Assembly (NCBI GenBank): GCA_039621445.1
Contig: CP154954.1
Span: 45,425,847-45,489,846, forward strand
Reading direction: 5' to 3'
Length of the DNA: 64,000 nt
Source: Euglena gracilis
Lineage: Eukaryota
A program made the translations under genes and the position numbers. Below are positions 62,552-64,000 of the stretch, piece by piece (positions within the stretch are counted from its first letter, which is position 1; each line of letters starts with the position of its first letter). Below the pieces are notes generated by a model. The model did not search any database. It saw only the letters and a list, made by a program, of their open reading frames with translations, and was not told where the DNA came from.

Positions 62552-64000
62552 ATGCCTCGTCTGAGGTCCACCAATGTCCGCCGACCAAGGATTGCACCTG
62601 CAGTGTTGCGTTCTTTCAAATTGTTTGTCATTGAGCATCCTGATCATACATCTCTTTAACCACCTTGAGAAGAGTTGCTTTTGGAATGTGCATGTGGCGG
62701 GGATTCAAAGGAAGGTCCTGGAGGGGGATCTCATAAGGTCCTGGGACTTTCTCCTGGTTTGTAAAGGAGGGGGGGGATGGGAAGTTCCTGGCCTCCTTGG
62801 GGGGAGGGCTTATGTTTGCCCTCCTGAAAAAGGCAGAAAAGGGTTCCAGGGAAAAAGGGCAGAATGTGCTCAAGCATGATTGCATTTCTTGTGTGCAACC
62901 CATAGGCTGTTAATGAGAAGTCTGATCTCGATGCCAACCTGCGTGAGCTCATGTCACGATCCTCAATCAATGTTGGTTGAATTGTATTTTGTTGTACCTT
63001 CATTCAAAAGATAGATTTTTTGATCCGGTGATGGCTGGGGGTAAAAAGTGTTCAACTTTTTTCTGAATTGCAACCTTAAAACTAACACGGCATTCACCGT
63101 CTTTTTGGAAAGCCTCAAGGATTGCGAACTTCTTTTAAACATCCGTTAAAAAAATGACTTACTTTGAGCTTTCCTTCATTTGAAACTGTTTTCCCGCTGA
63201 TGCCGTCAACCCACAAAGGCCGTTGGCAATGAAGGTGGTTGTTCTTCAAAGACACCAACAGTGTGATCAGTGTGTCGCTTGCGTGCTGAATTAATTGAAT
63301 CTGGCTTTAGTGATCACTACCATGTTGCTGAACGTCCTGGATCTAAACGTGCAAGGAATTTGCTCATGGAATCGAGAGTCAAGAAGATCTTGACGCAAGA
63401 TTGTTCTCTTTCCCTTCGAGCCGTGAAGCGCCGTCTCAGGCGACGAGCAGAGCCTTTTCTCAGTTTTTTTTTTTTCGGACAGTTTTCATTTTGATTGGGT
63501 GAGTGGGGGGTAATCACCTCGTCTGAGCTAAAATTCAAATACACAGCGTTGTAGAGTTGAATATGAATTTTTTCTGAGAAATAAAATGGAATTATTACCG
63601 AATATTCAGATTTCCTTAATTGTTTTCCGAAAAATGAAATAGAACTATTTCCAAACTTTCAGTTTTCCTTAATTAATTGGCACTCAACAGATGACAACCA
63701 ATTGTCGATGAGACTTAGAGAGGGCCTGAGGTTGTTTCCACATCCTTGCATCTGAAAGGACCATCAGGAGGACGTTGAAAAATATGGGCTGGAGCAGGAA
63801 GCGTACATCTCGTGTTCCTGATGTTCGCAACTTGCAGGCAACCCTTTTTTGGATTTCAACTTTTTTTGTTTGTTTTCTGGGAACCAAAAAACGTGCTCAA
63901 CATTTTATTAACCAGCACAAAAAGAAGGGTTGTTGTCATCAAAACCTGGTTGCTCGAAAGCAGTTTGCAATTTGCATCTCTCCACTCAACAACAACCAAT
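62552..64000 (+). pseudogene. Degenerate, probably intron-containing IS630/Tc1-mariner transposase (N-terminal HTH region), running off the window
   Basis: ASERTIRRTLKNMGWSRKRTSRVP (63748-63820) is typical of the IS630/Tc1 second HTH; RPGSKR...KKILTQDCSLSLRAVKRRL upstream; internal stops; DDE domain not in window. Confidence 0.7.

Overview
Repeat-rich eukaryotic nuclear DNA, most likely from a euglenid. This is inferred from non-conventional stem-forming introns, articulin-like VPV repeats and degenerate TTAGGG repeats. The left half (~1.2-32.7 kb) holds a multi-exon minus-strand gene, or possibly two adjacent genes. It encodes an RRM, Pro-rich segments, a Pcf11-type CTD-interacting domain (CID), a coiled coil and Ser/RS-rich tails. 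Most introns are GT-AG, but three (8087-8235, 12885-13408, 20609-21195) are non-canonical, with CAG at +4..+6 pairing with CTG at -8..-6. That 3+5 nt geometry equals the 8-bp target-site duplication of the many CAG...CTG hAT-type MITEs in the window, and two intact MITEs appear to sit inside exons as nascent introns. One intron carries a 926-codon LINE-like ORF with a GEAxxPGP 2A-like motif. The right half is a pile of nested MITEs and satellites. It includes two diverged elements sharing a hairpin / inverted repeat / direct repeat / ORF architecture and a homologous unknown protein, and a decayed IS630/Tc1 transposase at the right edge. No rRNA, tRNA or CRISPR array was recognised. All calls were made by eye; no database searches were run.
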